Positions 10,062 to 18,622 are shown, numbered from the stretch's first letter. The stretch: 32,000 nucleotides of DNA from Neisseria zalophi (GCF_008807015.1 NZ_CP031700.1:1729014-1761013); one strand, 5' to 3'. Translations and numbers: made by a program. Notes: generated by a model from the sequence alone, not told the origin.

Positions 10062-10382
10062 GGCGACCGCTTCTTTCTGCCTGAGGGCTTTTAATTCCTT
10101 TAGATAGTCGTTCTCCGCCCGCATATAGCGCAACTCTTCAATCAGTTCCGCCTGTGTTTTTTCGTGGTCGGGTTTATCGACGATAAAGGGGTTTTTACGT
10201 TTGATGGTCATAATGGCCTGCGGATGCTCAAGTGCGCGGATGCCGCCTTGGTTGTATGCGGCTATCCAACGGCGTAAATGGGTACGGGAAATATTAAAGT
10301 GATCGGCAGTACGCTGTTGGCTGCGTACGCGCTGATAATATTGCACGGCTTGGTATTTAAAGTCTAATGTATATTTGCTCAT
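10035..10382 (-). CDS. IS3-family transposase OrfA (HTH DNA-binding protein)
   Basis: MSKYTLDFKYQAVQYY...HFNISRTHLRRWI is an HTH, followed by the leucine-zipper-like ELIEELRYMRAENDYLKEL. I chose the ATG at 10382 because the longer track ORF begins outside the IS. Confidence 0.85.
   Translation of the reverse strand: MSKYTLDFKYQAVQYYQRVRSQQRTADHFNISRTHLRRWIAAYNQGGIRALEHPQAIMTIKRKNPFIVDKPDHEKTQAELIEELRYMRAENDYLKELKALRQKEAVAKKAKPSKH
10055..10061 (-). other. Programmed -1 ribosomal frameshift heptamer A AAA AAG
   Basis: The minus-strand AAAAAAG lies near the 3' end of orfA, where the orfB frame opens. This is the classic IS3-family slippery motif. Confidence 0.6.
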
Positions 10383-10665
10383 AAGAAAACTGCACCTTAA
10401 TGGGTTGGAGGAGTGTCCAACTTTTGGGGTGCAGTTCATATTTTCAGACGGCCTGTTTGTCATATTCTTTATCTGCCATGGATATCTAAACATAATTTTT
10501 CATTGGTTTAATTTATGTTATACAGCCGATTTGATGCTTTACTTTTACCATATAGACAGTCCAAAACCATTTTTATATGATTAAACCCAGCAATCAGTTG
10601 ATAACATACACAGCGGGAACCATAAACATCTTATCGCATTTTCAGAAACGACTTTAGGAGACCAT

Positions 10666-11697
10666 ATGAAACACAACTCTTTCATACCCAATAAAAACGT
10701 GCTGACCATGCTTGCCCTCGGTATTATCAGTTTATCCGCCTGCTCCGAAGCCACCAATTCCACTATGGCGCCCGTAAACGCCAATGCCAGCTCGGCCGGA
10801 CAAACCCGTTCCGGCGACCATCCGCCCACATTTGCCAACCCCAATACCACACCGTTCAGCCCGCAAACCGCCCCGCAATCGGCACAAGCCGTACAAAATA
10901 TGGTGAACATTCCTGCCGGTACTTATACCATCGGCCGCGACGACGGCCCCGCCATCGAAAAACCGGCGCATCAAGTTACCCTGCCGGCGTTTAAAATCGA
11001 CCGCACCGAAGTGACTAATGCCGCGTTTGCCGAATACCTAAATGCCATGAAGATTCCCGTTAACAAAAACTTTGAAGGCGGATACGCCACCCGCGACGAC
11101 TTACCGCCGGAAAGCGTCCGACTGTTAATGGAAGAAGAACGCGGCGGCGGCCTTTATCCCATTATTGCCTTAGATGATCCGCAAGCCCGCATCGGTTATC
11201 AAAACGGCAAATTTGTCGTAAACGAAGGCTATGCCAACCATCCCGTTACCGAATCGACATGGGCGGGTGCGCGCGCCTATTGCGAATGGCGCGGCGGCCA
11301 CTTACCGAGCGAAGTGGAATGGGAAGCCGCCGCACGCGGCCAAGATGCCCGTTTATATCCTTGGGGCAATAGCACGCCGAACAGCAGCCGCGTATTCGTA
11401 TCCGGACGCACAGGCGTAACCAGCGAAGTCGGCAGCCGTCCGGCAGGTGCATCGCCGTTCGGCGCGTTGGATATGAGCGGTTCCCAAGCAGAATGGACCT
11501 CCTCATTATTACGCCCCTACCCCTACAATGCCGACGACGGACGCGAATCCGCCGACAGCCCCGACGACCGCGTTACCCGTGGCGGCGATTATATGTATGA
11601 TGCCAATGCCGACACATTAACCGCTACCCACCGCAAAGGCTTTTCTAATCTGCCATATCGCGGGCATCGTCATATCGGCTTTCGTTGTGCCGGATAG
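10666..11697 (+). CDS. Formylglycine-generating enzyme family (SUMF1/EgtB/PvdO-type) lipoprotein
   Basis: Lipobox ISLSAC. FGE-sulfatase domain signatures: HPVTESTWAGARAYCEWRGGHLPSEVEWEAAARG, RVTRGGDY and GFRCA at the C-terminus. Good RBS AGGAGA. Confidence 0.8.
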   Translation: MKHNSFIPNKNVLTMLALGIISLSACSEATNSTMAPVNANASSAGQTRSGDHPPTFANPNTTPFSPQTAPQSAQAVQNMVNIPAGTYTIGRDDGPAIEKPAHQVTLPAFKIDRTEVTNAAFAEYLNAMKIPVNKNFEGGYATRDDLPPESVRLLMEEERGGGLYPIIALDDPQARIGYQNGKFVVNEGYANHPVTESTWAGARAYCEWRGGHLPSEVEWEAAARGQDARLYPWGNSTPNSSRVFVSGRTGVTSEVGSRPAGASPFGALDMSGSQAEWTSSLLRPYPYNADDGRESADSPDDRVTRGGDYMYDANADTLTATHRKGFSNLPYRGHRHIGFRCAG

Positions 11698-11729
11698 TAA
11701 GATGGCTTTTATAAGATAACCATCTGATT

Positions 11730-11779
11730 AAAAATATATTCATTGCACCATCTTTTATGAGTGCAATGAATATATTTTT
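11730..11779. terminator. Perfect 19-bp hairpin acting as a bidirectional terminator between the convergent FGE-family and nuclease genes
   Basis: AAAAATATATTCATTGCAC, a 12-nt loop, then GTGCAATGAATATATTTTT. The A/T runs lie at both ends. Confidence 0.8.
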
Positions 11780-11797
11780 GCAATAAGCGATAAACTC

Positions 11798-12430
11798 CTA
11801 GCGATTTTTCTGATTATTTTCACGCCCCGATTTACTCCCTGCCGCTTCTTGCTTTTCCCGTTCCCGACGACGAAAATCCCACGGTGCTTGCGGATTTCGT
11901 TGCCGCCATAATCCTTTTTTATAATAGCGCGCATCCATTTCGGCGGCGGCATAAAGTGCATAACCCGTTTCGCTCTGTTGGCGTTTGGCAATCGATACAT
12001 AATGCCAAGCATGCCCTTGCTCTATTTGAGCCAAATTCAAATCGCGGTCGTTTAAACGTATTTGCGCAACTTCCCGTTTATAGCGGTCGTGATCGAACAC
12101 CCAAACATCAACGGTTTTTCCATAAGCCAAATCATTTAATGCATCCCGCGCCGCCTTGCCGTGCGCCTGCTGAAACTCCGGTGCATCAATATAGGCCAAC
12201 CGAATCTTGTGCCTGAGGCCGTCTGAATCGACAACCCAAACCGTATCGCCATCGGATACCTTTACCACCTTGCCCGAATATTGTTGAATATTTTGTGACT
12301 TTTCTTGAAAAATGCCGACAGATTCGGCTATTTGCCGACCTTTCGACAACCACTCAGCCCAATCCTCCGCCTTGGCTAAAAAAGACATTCCCGCTAAAAC
12401 ACATAAAATAATCAAACCACGCTTTTTCAT
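11798..12430 (-). CDS. nuc: Secreted thermonuclease (staphylococcal nuclease / SNase family)
   Basis: Signal peptide MKKRGLIILCVLAGMSFLAKA. The SNase core GKVVKVSDGDTVWVV...IRLAYIDAPE...GKAARDAL...DRYKREVA matches the micrococcal nuclease fold. Confidence 0.85.
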   Translation of the reverse strand: MKKRGLIILCVLAGMSFLAKAEDWAEWLSKGRQIAESVGIFQEKSQNIQQYSGKVVKVSDGDTVWVVDSDGLRHKIRLAYIDAPEFQQAHGKAARDALNDLAYGKTVDVWVFDHDRYKREVAQIRLNDRDLNLAQIEQGHAWHYVSIAKRQQSETGYALYAAAEMDARYYKKGLWRQRNPQAPWDFRRREREKQEAAGSKSGRENNQKNR

Positions 12431-12470
12431 GAATACCTTCTAAAAACCTTATTGACTATTAACGATATAA

Positions 12471-12531
12471 GGGCGGATTGCATATCCGCCCCTGCCGATG
12501 CCGAAACAACGGGCGGATATTTAATCCGCCC
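12471..12531. repeat. Two copies of a 21-nt hairpin repeat GGGCGGAT-N5-ATCCGCCC (12471-12491 and 12511-12531)
   Basis: Both copies have perfect 8-bp stems and 5-nt loops (TGCAT, ATTTA). A third, left-arm-degenerate copy lies at 13953-13972. Confidence 0.7.
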
Positions 12532-12569
12532 CTACTTATGGCCTTAATAGGCCGTCTGAAAACCTTTCA
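12515..12569 (+). repeat. Left copy of an approximately 55-bp direct repeat flanking the 401-aa ORF (partner at 13955-14008)
   Basis: GGAT-loop-ATCCGCCCCTACTTATG(G)CCTTAATAGGCCGTCTGAAAACCTTTCA. The two copies are identical outside the 5-nt hairpin loop except for one G indel. The loop is inverted (ATTTA versus TAAAT). Confidence 0.85.
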
Positions 12570-12610
12570 AATTATTAAACAATCACAGATCAATAAACTT
12601 CATCCATATT

Positions 12611-13816
12611 TCAGCGTTCTTCCAAAGGTCGATTTTCAAGATGGTTCAAAGTTTTCATTAAACGCTTTTTGGCAACCTCTTTATTATAATAATAGGCATC
12701 ATCTGCAGACAGCCAATCTTCCACCACCTGCCGTAAATTCTGTTTGCCGTTTAAATAAAGTACAACCAACCGCAAAGGGAAATAATCATAGGGAAACAGC
12801 CCTTTCCCTACATTATGTTCTTCTGCCGTTACCGTTTTCATGTCATAAAATTTATCCACATCATTATAGTTATAAATAAAAGAAACTTCCTTTAAGTGGG
12901 ATTCAATATGAATTAATAATTCTTCTATTTCTGTTTCCGTTTTAAACTGCTGATTCTCCATCCATGCATCATCTAAATAATATTCAACATTTACCCTACC
13001 AACAGCAGCCCATTTTTTGATATTGTTTTGCTTCTCATACGGACGCATATTATCCAACTCATACCAATAGATTTGTTGCACTTGCTCATCCGACAAAGAC
13101 CAAATAACCAATATATTGTAATCACCATCATTATAAATATCATACATTCCGATATAGATAATCTGCCAACCGTATTGCATCGGCTTGGCATAAATCATAA
13201 CATCCGGCTCCGGCTTTTTGCTTTTCTTCGGAAGACCCTCCGGCCGATAAAACTGCGGCGCATAGGCAAATCCGTATCGGCCCATTAATTCATCCGTCTT
13301 CGGGCGCAGATAGGCATAAAAGTCTTTCAGCTTCTCCGGCAACCCCCGGTTTTCCTGCCGCCATTTCCGTTCGGCTTCTTTTTCTTGTTTCAACCAGTCG
13401 GTAATGCCTGCAAAAAAGCTTTCATCCGGAAACTCGCGCCCGTCCGGCAGAATCAGTTTGCCGTTGCTGTCGTATAACACCAAACCCAGCGATTGGCTGT
13501 GGTCGTCTAATATCGGCATAATCTCGATATAGTTTTCCGAAAGCTCCGGCATCGCATAAAGGGCGGCCCGTTTGGGCAGCCAATTTTCGACATCTTGATA
13601 AGTCTGCTTAAACGCTTCCGATGCGCTATCCGAACGGGCGGCTTCGGCAATATAGCCGGCCAATTCGGTGAACGGGCTTAAATCCGAACCCTCCGGCGGC
13701 GCCTGCTCCGACCATTGGTCGGTTAATTCCCAAGCCGCTTCCAAACTCTCCGGCAACATGGCTTCGGGGTTGGGGAAGTTTTCCGGCTTCCATAGGTAAA
13801 CAGGGTTCATTGACAT
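12611..13816 (-). CDS. Hypothetical cytoplasmic acidic protein (401 aa), no recognisable family
   Basis: Long uninterrupted ORF with no signal peptide or TM segment, rich in W/Y/E/D. The N-terminal half is encoded by GC-rich DNA and the C-terminal half by AT-rich DNA. Confidence 0.7.
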   Translation of the reverse strand: MSMNPVYLWKPENFPNPEAMLPESLEAAWELTDQWSEQAPPEGSDLSPFTELAGYIAEAARSDSASEAFKQTYQDVENWLPKRAALYAMPELSENYIEIMPILDDHSQSLGLVLYDSNGKLILPDGREFPDESFFAGITDWLKQEKEAERKWRQENRGLPEKLKDFYAYLRPKTDELMGRYGFAYAPQFYRPEGLPKKSKKPEPDVMIYAKPMQYGWQIIYIGMYDIYNDGDYNILVIWSLSDEQVQQIYWYELDNMRPYEKQNNIKKWAAVGRVNVEYYLDDAWMENQQFKTETEIEELLIHIESHLKEVSFIYNYNDVDKFYDMKTVTAEEHNVGKGLFPYDYFPLRLVVLYLNGKQNLRQVVEDWLSADDAYYYNKEVAKKRLMKTLNHLENRPLEER

Positions 13817-13954
13817 GGGCTTTCCTTGTGTTTGTTTAAAATATTGCTCTTGTTGGAATGGTTTTATAGATAAAAAATACCTGTCTAAACATATCAGGTA
13901 TTCGATATTATTCAGACAGGTATAATAAATGAGTATATCTTTTTCAGCAATTAC

Positions 13955-14008
13955 GGATTAAATATCCGCCCCTACTTATGCCTTAATAGGCCGTCTGAAA
14001 ACCTTTCA
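13955..14008 (+). repeat. Right copy of the approximately 55-bp direct repeat (partner at 12515-12569)
   Basis: See the partner entry. Here the DUS continues into a full inverted pair that forms the gloA terminator. Confidence 0.85.
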
Positions 14009-14018
14009 GACGGCCTAT
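13986..14018 (-). terminator. Inverted DUS pair hairpin downstream of gloA
   Basis: ATAGGCCGTCTGAAA-ACC-TTTCAGACGGCCTAT. Confidence 0.7.
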
Positions 14019-14043
14019 TCATATAAACCACGACAAATATTAA

Positions 14044-14457
14044 TTAAGATTGATAACGAACCGAATCGCTGCCGCTGCCTTTTTGAATAAATTCGATTTT
14101 GTAGCCGTCCGGATCTTCAACAAAAGCAATCACGGTGGTGCCGTGTTTCATCGGCCCGGCTTCGCGGGTAACCTTACCGCCTTTTTGTTTCACTTTTTCG
14201 CAAGCGGCATAAGCATCGTCCACTTCGATGGCGATATGGCCGAAAGCATTGCCTAAGTCATAGCTTTCGGTATCCCAGTTATAGGTTAGCTCAAGTACGG
14301 TTGTATCGGATTCTTCACCGTAGCCGACAAAGGCCAAAGTAAACTTGCCATCGGGGTAATCTTTTTTTCTGAGCAGTTTCATGCCTAAAACATCTTGGTA
14401 AAACGCCAAGGATTTATCCAGATTGCCGACACGCAACATTGTATGAAGCATTCTCAT
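14044..14457 (-). CDS. gloA: Lactoylglutathione lyase (glyoxalase I)
   Basis: 137-aa [50 protein letters not shown]...GHIAIEVDD...GYKIEFI closely matches Ni-type GloA. Confidence 0.95.
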   Translation of the reverse strand: MRMLHTMLRVGNLDKSLAFYQDVLGMKLLRKKDYPDGKFTLAFVGYGEESDTTVLELTYNWDTESYDLGNAFGHIAIEVDDAYAACEKVKQKGGKVTREAGPMKHGTTVIAFVEDPDGYKIEFIQKGSGSDSVRYQS

Positions 14458-14603
14458 GGTGTGTTCCTTTCATAAATATCATCTTTTTCATTCGTATAAG
14501 GCATGGCCGTTTAAGCCGATTGCCTAACCCAACAATCTATTGGAATGATGAGTTTGTTTGGCTGTATTTTATCATAATCGAGCCATTAGCCCTGCTTATC
14601 AAG

Positions 14604-14631
14604 AGGCCGTCTGAAATCTTTCAGACGGCCT
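14604..14631 (-). terminator. Inverted DUS pair hairpin downstream of the S51 peptidase gene
   Basis: AGGCCGTCTGAAA-TC-TTTCAGACGGCCT, 18 nt past the stop at 14649. Confidence 0.65.
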
Positions 14632-14648
14632 TTAATATTGAAAAAATG

Positions 14649-15248
14649 TTAAACGCTCAATTTTCTCGTTGTTCCATTTTCCACTAAGATAGCTTGTGAA
14701 TTATCAAGAGGACATAAATTCAAATTTAAATAGCTATCAACAATTTGTTGGGAACTCTCTTTAAATGGCGGGCATAGGTAATGAGGTACGACATAACAAT
14801 CAATCAAGCCCAGCCCGGAATAGTCTTTTTGTGAAAAATCGTCGGGCACTTCATCCATTAACTTTATATATGAAAGTTCTTGGGCACAAACTATCGCACC
14901 GGCTGATTCGCCTACATACCATTTTCCTGCTTTTAAATGCTTCTCAATGAATTTATCTACGCCGGTTTTCTTGATTTGATCAATCAAAAAGAAGGTATTT
15001 CCTCCGGTAAAATAAATAATATCGGCATTTTCAAAAGCTTTTTGAACTTCATTGATTGGCATTGATGAAATTTCGATTTCCGATACTTGTGCATTCATTT
15101 CTTTCCACAATTCTCGTGCAGAAGCAACATATTCTTTATAATGCTCATGTATTGAAGCAGTGGGTATAAAAAGAACATGCTTTCCCGCTACTTCGTCTTT
15201 CAATAAAGTGCCTACTTGTTTAAAGTGCGAACACAAAAACAATCGCAT
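14649..15248 (-). CDS. Peptidase S51 family protein (dipeptidase E-like, class I glutamine amidotransferase-like fold)
   Basis: 199-aa ORF with FTGGNTFFL, the nucleophile elbow GESAGAIV and VVPHY (His). The DNA is visibly more AT-rich than the flanking genes. Confidence 0.8.
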   Translation of the reverse strand: MRLFLCSHFKQVGTLLKDEVAGKHVLFIPTASIHEHYKEYVASARELWKEMNAQVSEIEISSMPINEVQKAFENADIIYFTGGNTFFLIDQIKKTGVDKFIEKHLKAGKWYVGESAGAIVCAQELSYIKLMDEVPDDFSQKDYSGLGLIDCYVVPHYLCPPFKESSQQIVDSYLNLNLCPLDNSQAILVENGTTRKLSV

Positions 15249-15336
15249 ATATCCCTCCTATTGTTCAAAACAGATGATTTTTTACCTGTAACCCGTTTGG
15301 CGGTAGAATACGCCAAATAATACCTCACAAACCACC

Positions 15337-16347
15337 ATGCCTAAAAAAATTCTGATTATTTCCCCCAGCTGGATTGGCGACTGCGTAATGACGCAGCCGC
15401 TATACCGTCGTCTTCACGAACTTTATCCCGGCTCTACCATTGATGTTTTCGCCCCTAAATGGTCGATGGCCGTTTTTGAACGCATGCCTGAGATTCATGA
15501 AGTATTTGAAAACCCGTTCGGGCATGGTGCGCTAGAGCTGCGCAAACGGATTCAAACCGGCAGGGCTTTGGGGAAACGCGGCTATGATTGGGTGATTGTG
15601 TTGCCCGGTTCGCTGAAATCGGCCTTGATTGCTGCGGCAACCGGTATCAAACGGCGGACGGGCTATGTGGGCGAATCCCGCTATCTATTGCTAAACGACA
15701 TCCGCAAACTCGATAAGGCGGCTTTGCCGTTGATGGTTGACCGCTACACGGCGCTGGCCTATCCCACTCAAGCCGATTTTAACGGGCATTCCGATAACCC
15801 TCTTTTCCAAATCGACCCGGCCAGCCGACAGGCGGCATTAAATCAACACGGCTTGCACACCGACAAACCGATATTGGCATTCTGCCCGGGCGCGGAATAT
15901 GGCCCAGCGAAACGCTGGCCGGCGGTGCATTTTGCCGAACTCGCGCGCCGATATGCTGATCGCGGTTGGCAGATTTGGTTGTTCGGTTCGCAAAAAGATT
16001 TTCCGATTGCCGAAGAAATCAATACCCTTTCAGACGGCCAATGTATTAATTTATGCGGCAAAACCAGTTTATCGGAAGCGGTTGATTTATTATCCTGCGC
16101 CGATACGGTGGTGTGTAACGACAGCGGCCTGATGCACCTTGCGGCCGCATTGGGGCGAAAACTGGTGGCGGTATATGGTTCGTCTAGTGCCGACCATACG
16201 CCGCCGTTAAGCGATACGGCCAAAATCGTCAGCCTGAATCTCGATTGCTCGCCGTGCTTCAAACGCGAATGCCCGTTGGGGCACACCGATTGCTTAAACA
16301 AACTCACGCCGGATATCGTTCAAGAAGCCATGCAATCTATTGATTAA
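15337..16347 (+). CDS. rfaF: ADP-heptose:LOS heptosyltransferase II
   Basis: 336-aa GT9 protein with MPKKILIISPSWIGDCVMTQPLY, a canonical WaaF/RfaF N-terminus, and the C-terminal NDSGLMHLAAALG motif. Confidence 0.9.
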   Translation: MPKKILIISPSWIGDCVMTQPLYRRLHELYPGSTIDVFAPKWSMAVFERMPEIHEVFENPFGHGALELRKRIQTGRALGKRGYDWVIVLPGSLKSALIAAATGIKRRTGYVGESRYLLLNDIRKLDKAALPLMVDRYTALAYPTQADFNGHSDNPLFQIDPASRQAALNQHGLHTDKPILAFCPGAEYGPAKRWPAVHFAELARRYADRGWQIWLFGSQKDFPIAEEINTLSDGQCINLCGKTSLSEAVDLLSCADTVVCNDSGLMHLAAALGRKLVAVYGSSSADHTPPLSDTAKIVSLNLDCSPCFKRECPLGHTDCLNKLTPDIVQEAMQSID

Positions 16348-16352
16348 CCAGA

Positions 16353-17708
16353 TTAAGAATAATCAAACAAATCAGGCTGCTTGTGTTCGCTGGTTACGCG
16401 AACATCGGCTTCCCCGTCGGCAAAGGTAATGTGCAGTTTCTGCCCCTGTTTCAACACATGGGCATTGCGTATCACTTGCCCGCGGCTGTTTTTCACCACG
16501 CTGAAACCGCGTTCCAAAATATGTTGCGGCGACACTGCATCAAGCAATACCGCCTGTTTTTCCAAACGTTGGCGGCGGTTATCCAACAAGGTTTGCCGGT
16601 TTTGCTTTAAGGCCGTCTGAAACAACAGAACGTCACGGCGTGCGGCGGCAATATCAGGCTTCAGATAAGCCAGTGCCTGACGGCTGCGCACCCATTGCTG
16701 TACATGAAAGCGGTAGCGGTTCGACATGCCCGTATGCAATAACTGTTTCAACGCCGCCACCTGATTGCGCTGCTCGGCCAATTTCTGCTGCGGATGCCTG
16801 ATTTGGCGGGCCAACCAATCCAGTTTTTGGCTGGCATCATAATAACGTTGTGCCAATACCGTTTTCAGACGGCCTTGGGAGTGTTCCAGTTTGCGGATGG
16901 ATTCCATACGGTCGGGGCTGACCAATTCCGCCGCCCCCGTCGGCGTCGGCGCGCGGACATCGGCCACAAAATCGGCCAAGGTGAAATCCGTTTCATGCCC
17001 CACTCCGCTCACCACCGGAATGCTGCAAGCCTCAATCGCCCGCACCACCGGCTCTTCGTTAAACGCCCATAAATCTTCAATGCTGCCGCCGCCGCGACAC
17101 ACAATCAGCACATCCGTTTCCGCACGATTGGAGGCCGTCTGAATCGCCTGCGCAATCTGATGTTCGCTGCCTGCCCCCTGAACCGGCGTCGGATACACAA
17201 TCACCGGAATATCCGGCGCACGGCGTTTTAAGGTGGATACCACATCGCGCAATGCCGCAGCCGCCAAACTGGTCACAATACCGATTCGGCGCGGATGTTC
17301 GGGCAAGGCTTTTTTACGTTCGGCGGCAAATACACCCTCGGACTGCAACTTGGCTTTTAATTTTTCATACGCCTCGTATAGCTGCCCCAAGCCTTTCAAG
17401 CGCACATCGCTTACCGTAATCTGAAACTCACCGCGCGCCTCATAAATGCCGATTCTGCCCGTTAATTCGATATGGTCGCCCTCTTTCAAAGGTGCAGCCA
17501 ACTTTGCCGCCGTTCCTTTAAATAAAGCACAACGCACTTGGGCGCGGTTGTCTTTCAAGGAAAAATAATAATGGCCGCTGGCGGCGCGGGTAAGGTTCGA
17601 CACTTCGCCCGCCACCCATAAGCCGAATAAATTCTCTTCCAATAAACTTCTGGCTAAAGCATTCAATTCGGAAACGGAAACGGCGGCAGGGGCAAACAAT
17701 TCGGACAT
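16353..17708 (-). CDS. xseA: Exodeoxyribonuclease VII large subunit
   Basis: 451-aa ORF with an N-terminal OB fold (VSELNALARSLLEE...LWVAGEVSN...SGHYYFSLKD) and the catalytic core RGGGSIEDLWAFN...SGVGHETD. Confidence 0.95.
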   Translation of the reverse strand: MSELFAPAAVSVSELNALARSLLEENLFGLWVAGEVSNLTRAASGHYYFSLKDNRAQVRCALFKGTAAKLAAPLKEGDHIELTGRIGIYEARGEFQITVSDVRLKGLGQLYEAYEKLKAKLQSEGVFAAERKKALPEHPRRIGIVTSLAAAALRDVVSTLKRRAPDIPVIVYPTPVQGAGSEHQIAQAIQTASNRAETDVLIVCRGGGSIEDLWAFNEEPVVRAIEACSIPVVSGVGHETDFTLADFVADVRAPTPTGAAELVSPDRMESIRKLEHSQGRLKTVLAQRYYDASQKLDWLARQIRHPQQKLAEQRNQVAALKQLLHTGMSNRYRFHVQQWVRSRQALAYLKPDIAAARRDVLLFQTALKQNRQTLLDNRRQRLEKQAVLLDAVSPQHILERGFSVVKNSRGQVIRNAHVLKQGQKLHITFADGEADVRVTSEHKQPDLFDYS

Positions 17709-17771
17709 GGCGGATTAACTATATTTGGAAAAAACAAGATTATATATGGAATAACACGGCAACCAACACAG

Positions 17772-17810
17772 TTTCAGACGGCCTTTTTCTAGCGTATAGG
17801 CCGTCTGAAA
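17772..17810. terminator. Inverted DUS pair hairpin in the xseA-rluF intergenic region
   Basis: TTTCAGACGGCC, a 15-nt loop, then GGCCGTCTGAAA. A third DUS lies at 17864-17875. Confidence 0.5.
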
Positions 17811-17878
17811 CCTCATTATCCATATTTGCAGATAACAATCGTTGCTGAAATCAATATCACCAGTAGGCCGTCTGAAAT

Positions 17879-18622
17879 TTAAAATTTTTCATTCGGGGCA
17901 AGATAACGCCATTTTCCCGGCGGCAGTTTGCCCAATTTGACTTTACCGATACGGATACGTTTCAAACCGACCACGCGCAGCCCGACCAACTCGCACATGC
18001 GGCGGATTTGGCGTTTTTTACCCTGTTGCAACACAAAGCGCAATTGATCTTCGTTTTGCCATTCCACTTTGGCCGGTTTGAGTTTTTCACCGTCCAAACT
18101 CAAGCCGTGGTTCAGCAAACGCAAGCCTTCGTCGCTCAGCTTGCCGCGTACACGAACGAGATATTCTTTATCGCGGGTACTGTCTTCACCGATAAGCTGC
18201 TTGGCCACACGCCCGTCTTGGGTCAACACCAGCAGGCCGACCGAATCGATATCGAGCCGCCCCGCCGGCGCCAATCCGTAACGGTGCGACTCGTGAAAAC
18301 GAATCCGGCTGGTATCGCCCGACCAATGGTTTTCCGGCGTAATCAGTTCGGCGGCAGACTGATAGCCTTTTTCCGCCTGCGCGCTCACATAACCGACCGG
18401 CTTATTCAATAAAACCGTTACCCGTTGCGCCTGCTTTTCATGGGCTTGTTTATTAAGGTCGATACGGTCTGCTGCGGTCACTTTTTGACCGAGCACAGCC
18501 GTTTGGCCGTTTACTTTCACCCAGCCTTGTTCGATATAACTGTCGGCCTCGCGGCGGGAACACAAGCCGAGTTCGGCCATTCTTTTGGATAAGCGGACGG
18601 TTTCTTGCGGTTTATCAGACAT
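17879..18622 (-). CDS. rluF: RsuA/RluF-family rRNA pseudouridine synthase (S4 domain plus catalytic domain)
   Basis: S4 domain [30 protein letters not shown], catalytic Asp motif [15 protein letters not shown], and [10 protein letters not shown] chose the ATG at 18622 (MSDKPQE). Confidence 0.8.
   Translation of the reverse strand: MSDKPQETVRLSKRMAELGLCSRREADSYIEQGWVKVNGQTAVLGQKVTAADRIDLNKQAHEKQAQRVTVLLNKPVGYVSAQAEKGYQSAAELITPENHWSGDTSRIRFHESHRYGLAPAGRLDIDSVGLLVLTQDGRVAKQLIGEDSTRDKEYLVRVRGKLSDEGLRLLNHGLSLDGEKLKPAKVEWQNEDQLRFVLQQGKKRQIRRMCELVGLRVVGLKRIRIGKVKLGKLPPGKWRYLAPNEKF

Larger units (their letters stand above)
9195..10438 (-). mobile_element. Intact IS3-family insertion sequence (1244 bp) with orfA/orfB, imperfect terminal inverted repeats and a 4-bp TSD
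   Basis: IRL 9195-9220 (TGATCTGACCCCCAAATCTTGGACAA) matches the reverse complement of IRR 10413-10438 (TGAACTGCACCCCAAAAGTTGGACAC) at 20 of 26 positions. The ends are TG...CA. TATT is duplicated at 9191-9194 and 10439-10442. Confidence 0.9.

Noticed and set aside
10383-10493. Longer OrfA start (152-aa version) for the IS3 element
   Set aside because: The extra 37 codons start outside the IS right inverted repeat (IS end at 10438). The HTH protein begins at MSKYTL (10382).
12478-12879. 133-aa plus-strand ORF spanning the hairpin repeats and the 3' end of the 401-aa gene
   Set aside because: It starts inside the GGGCGGAT hairpin repeats, crosses a DUS and runs antisense to the longer ORF. The composition is not protein-like.
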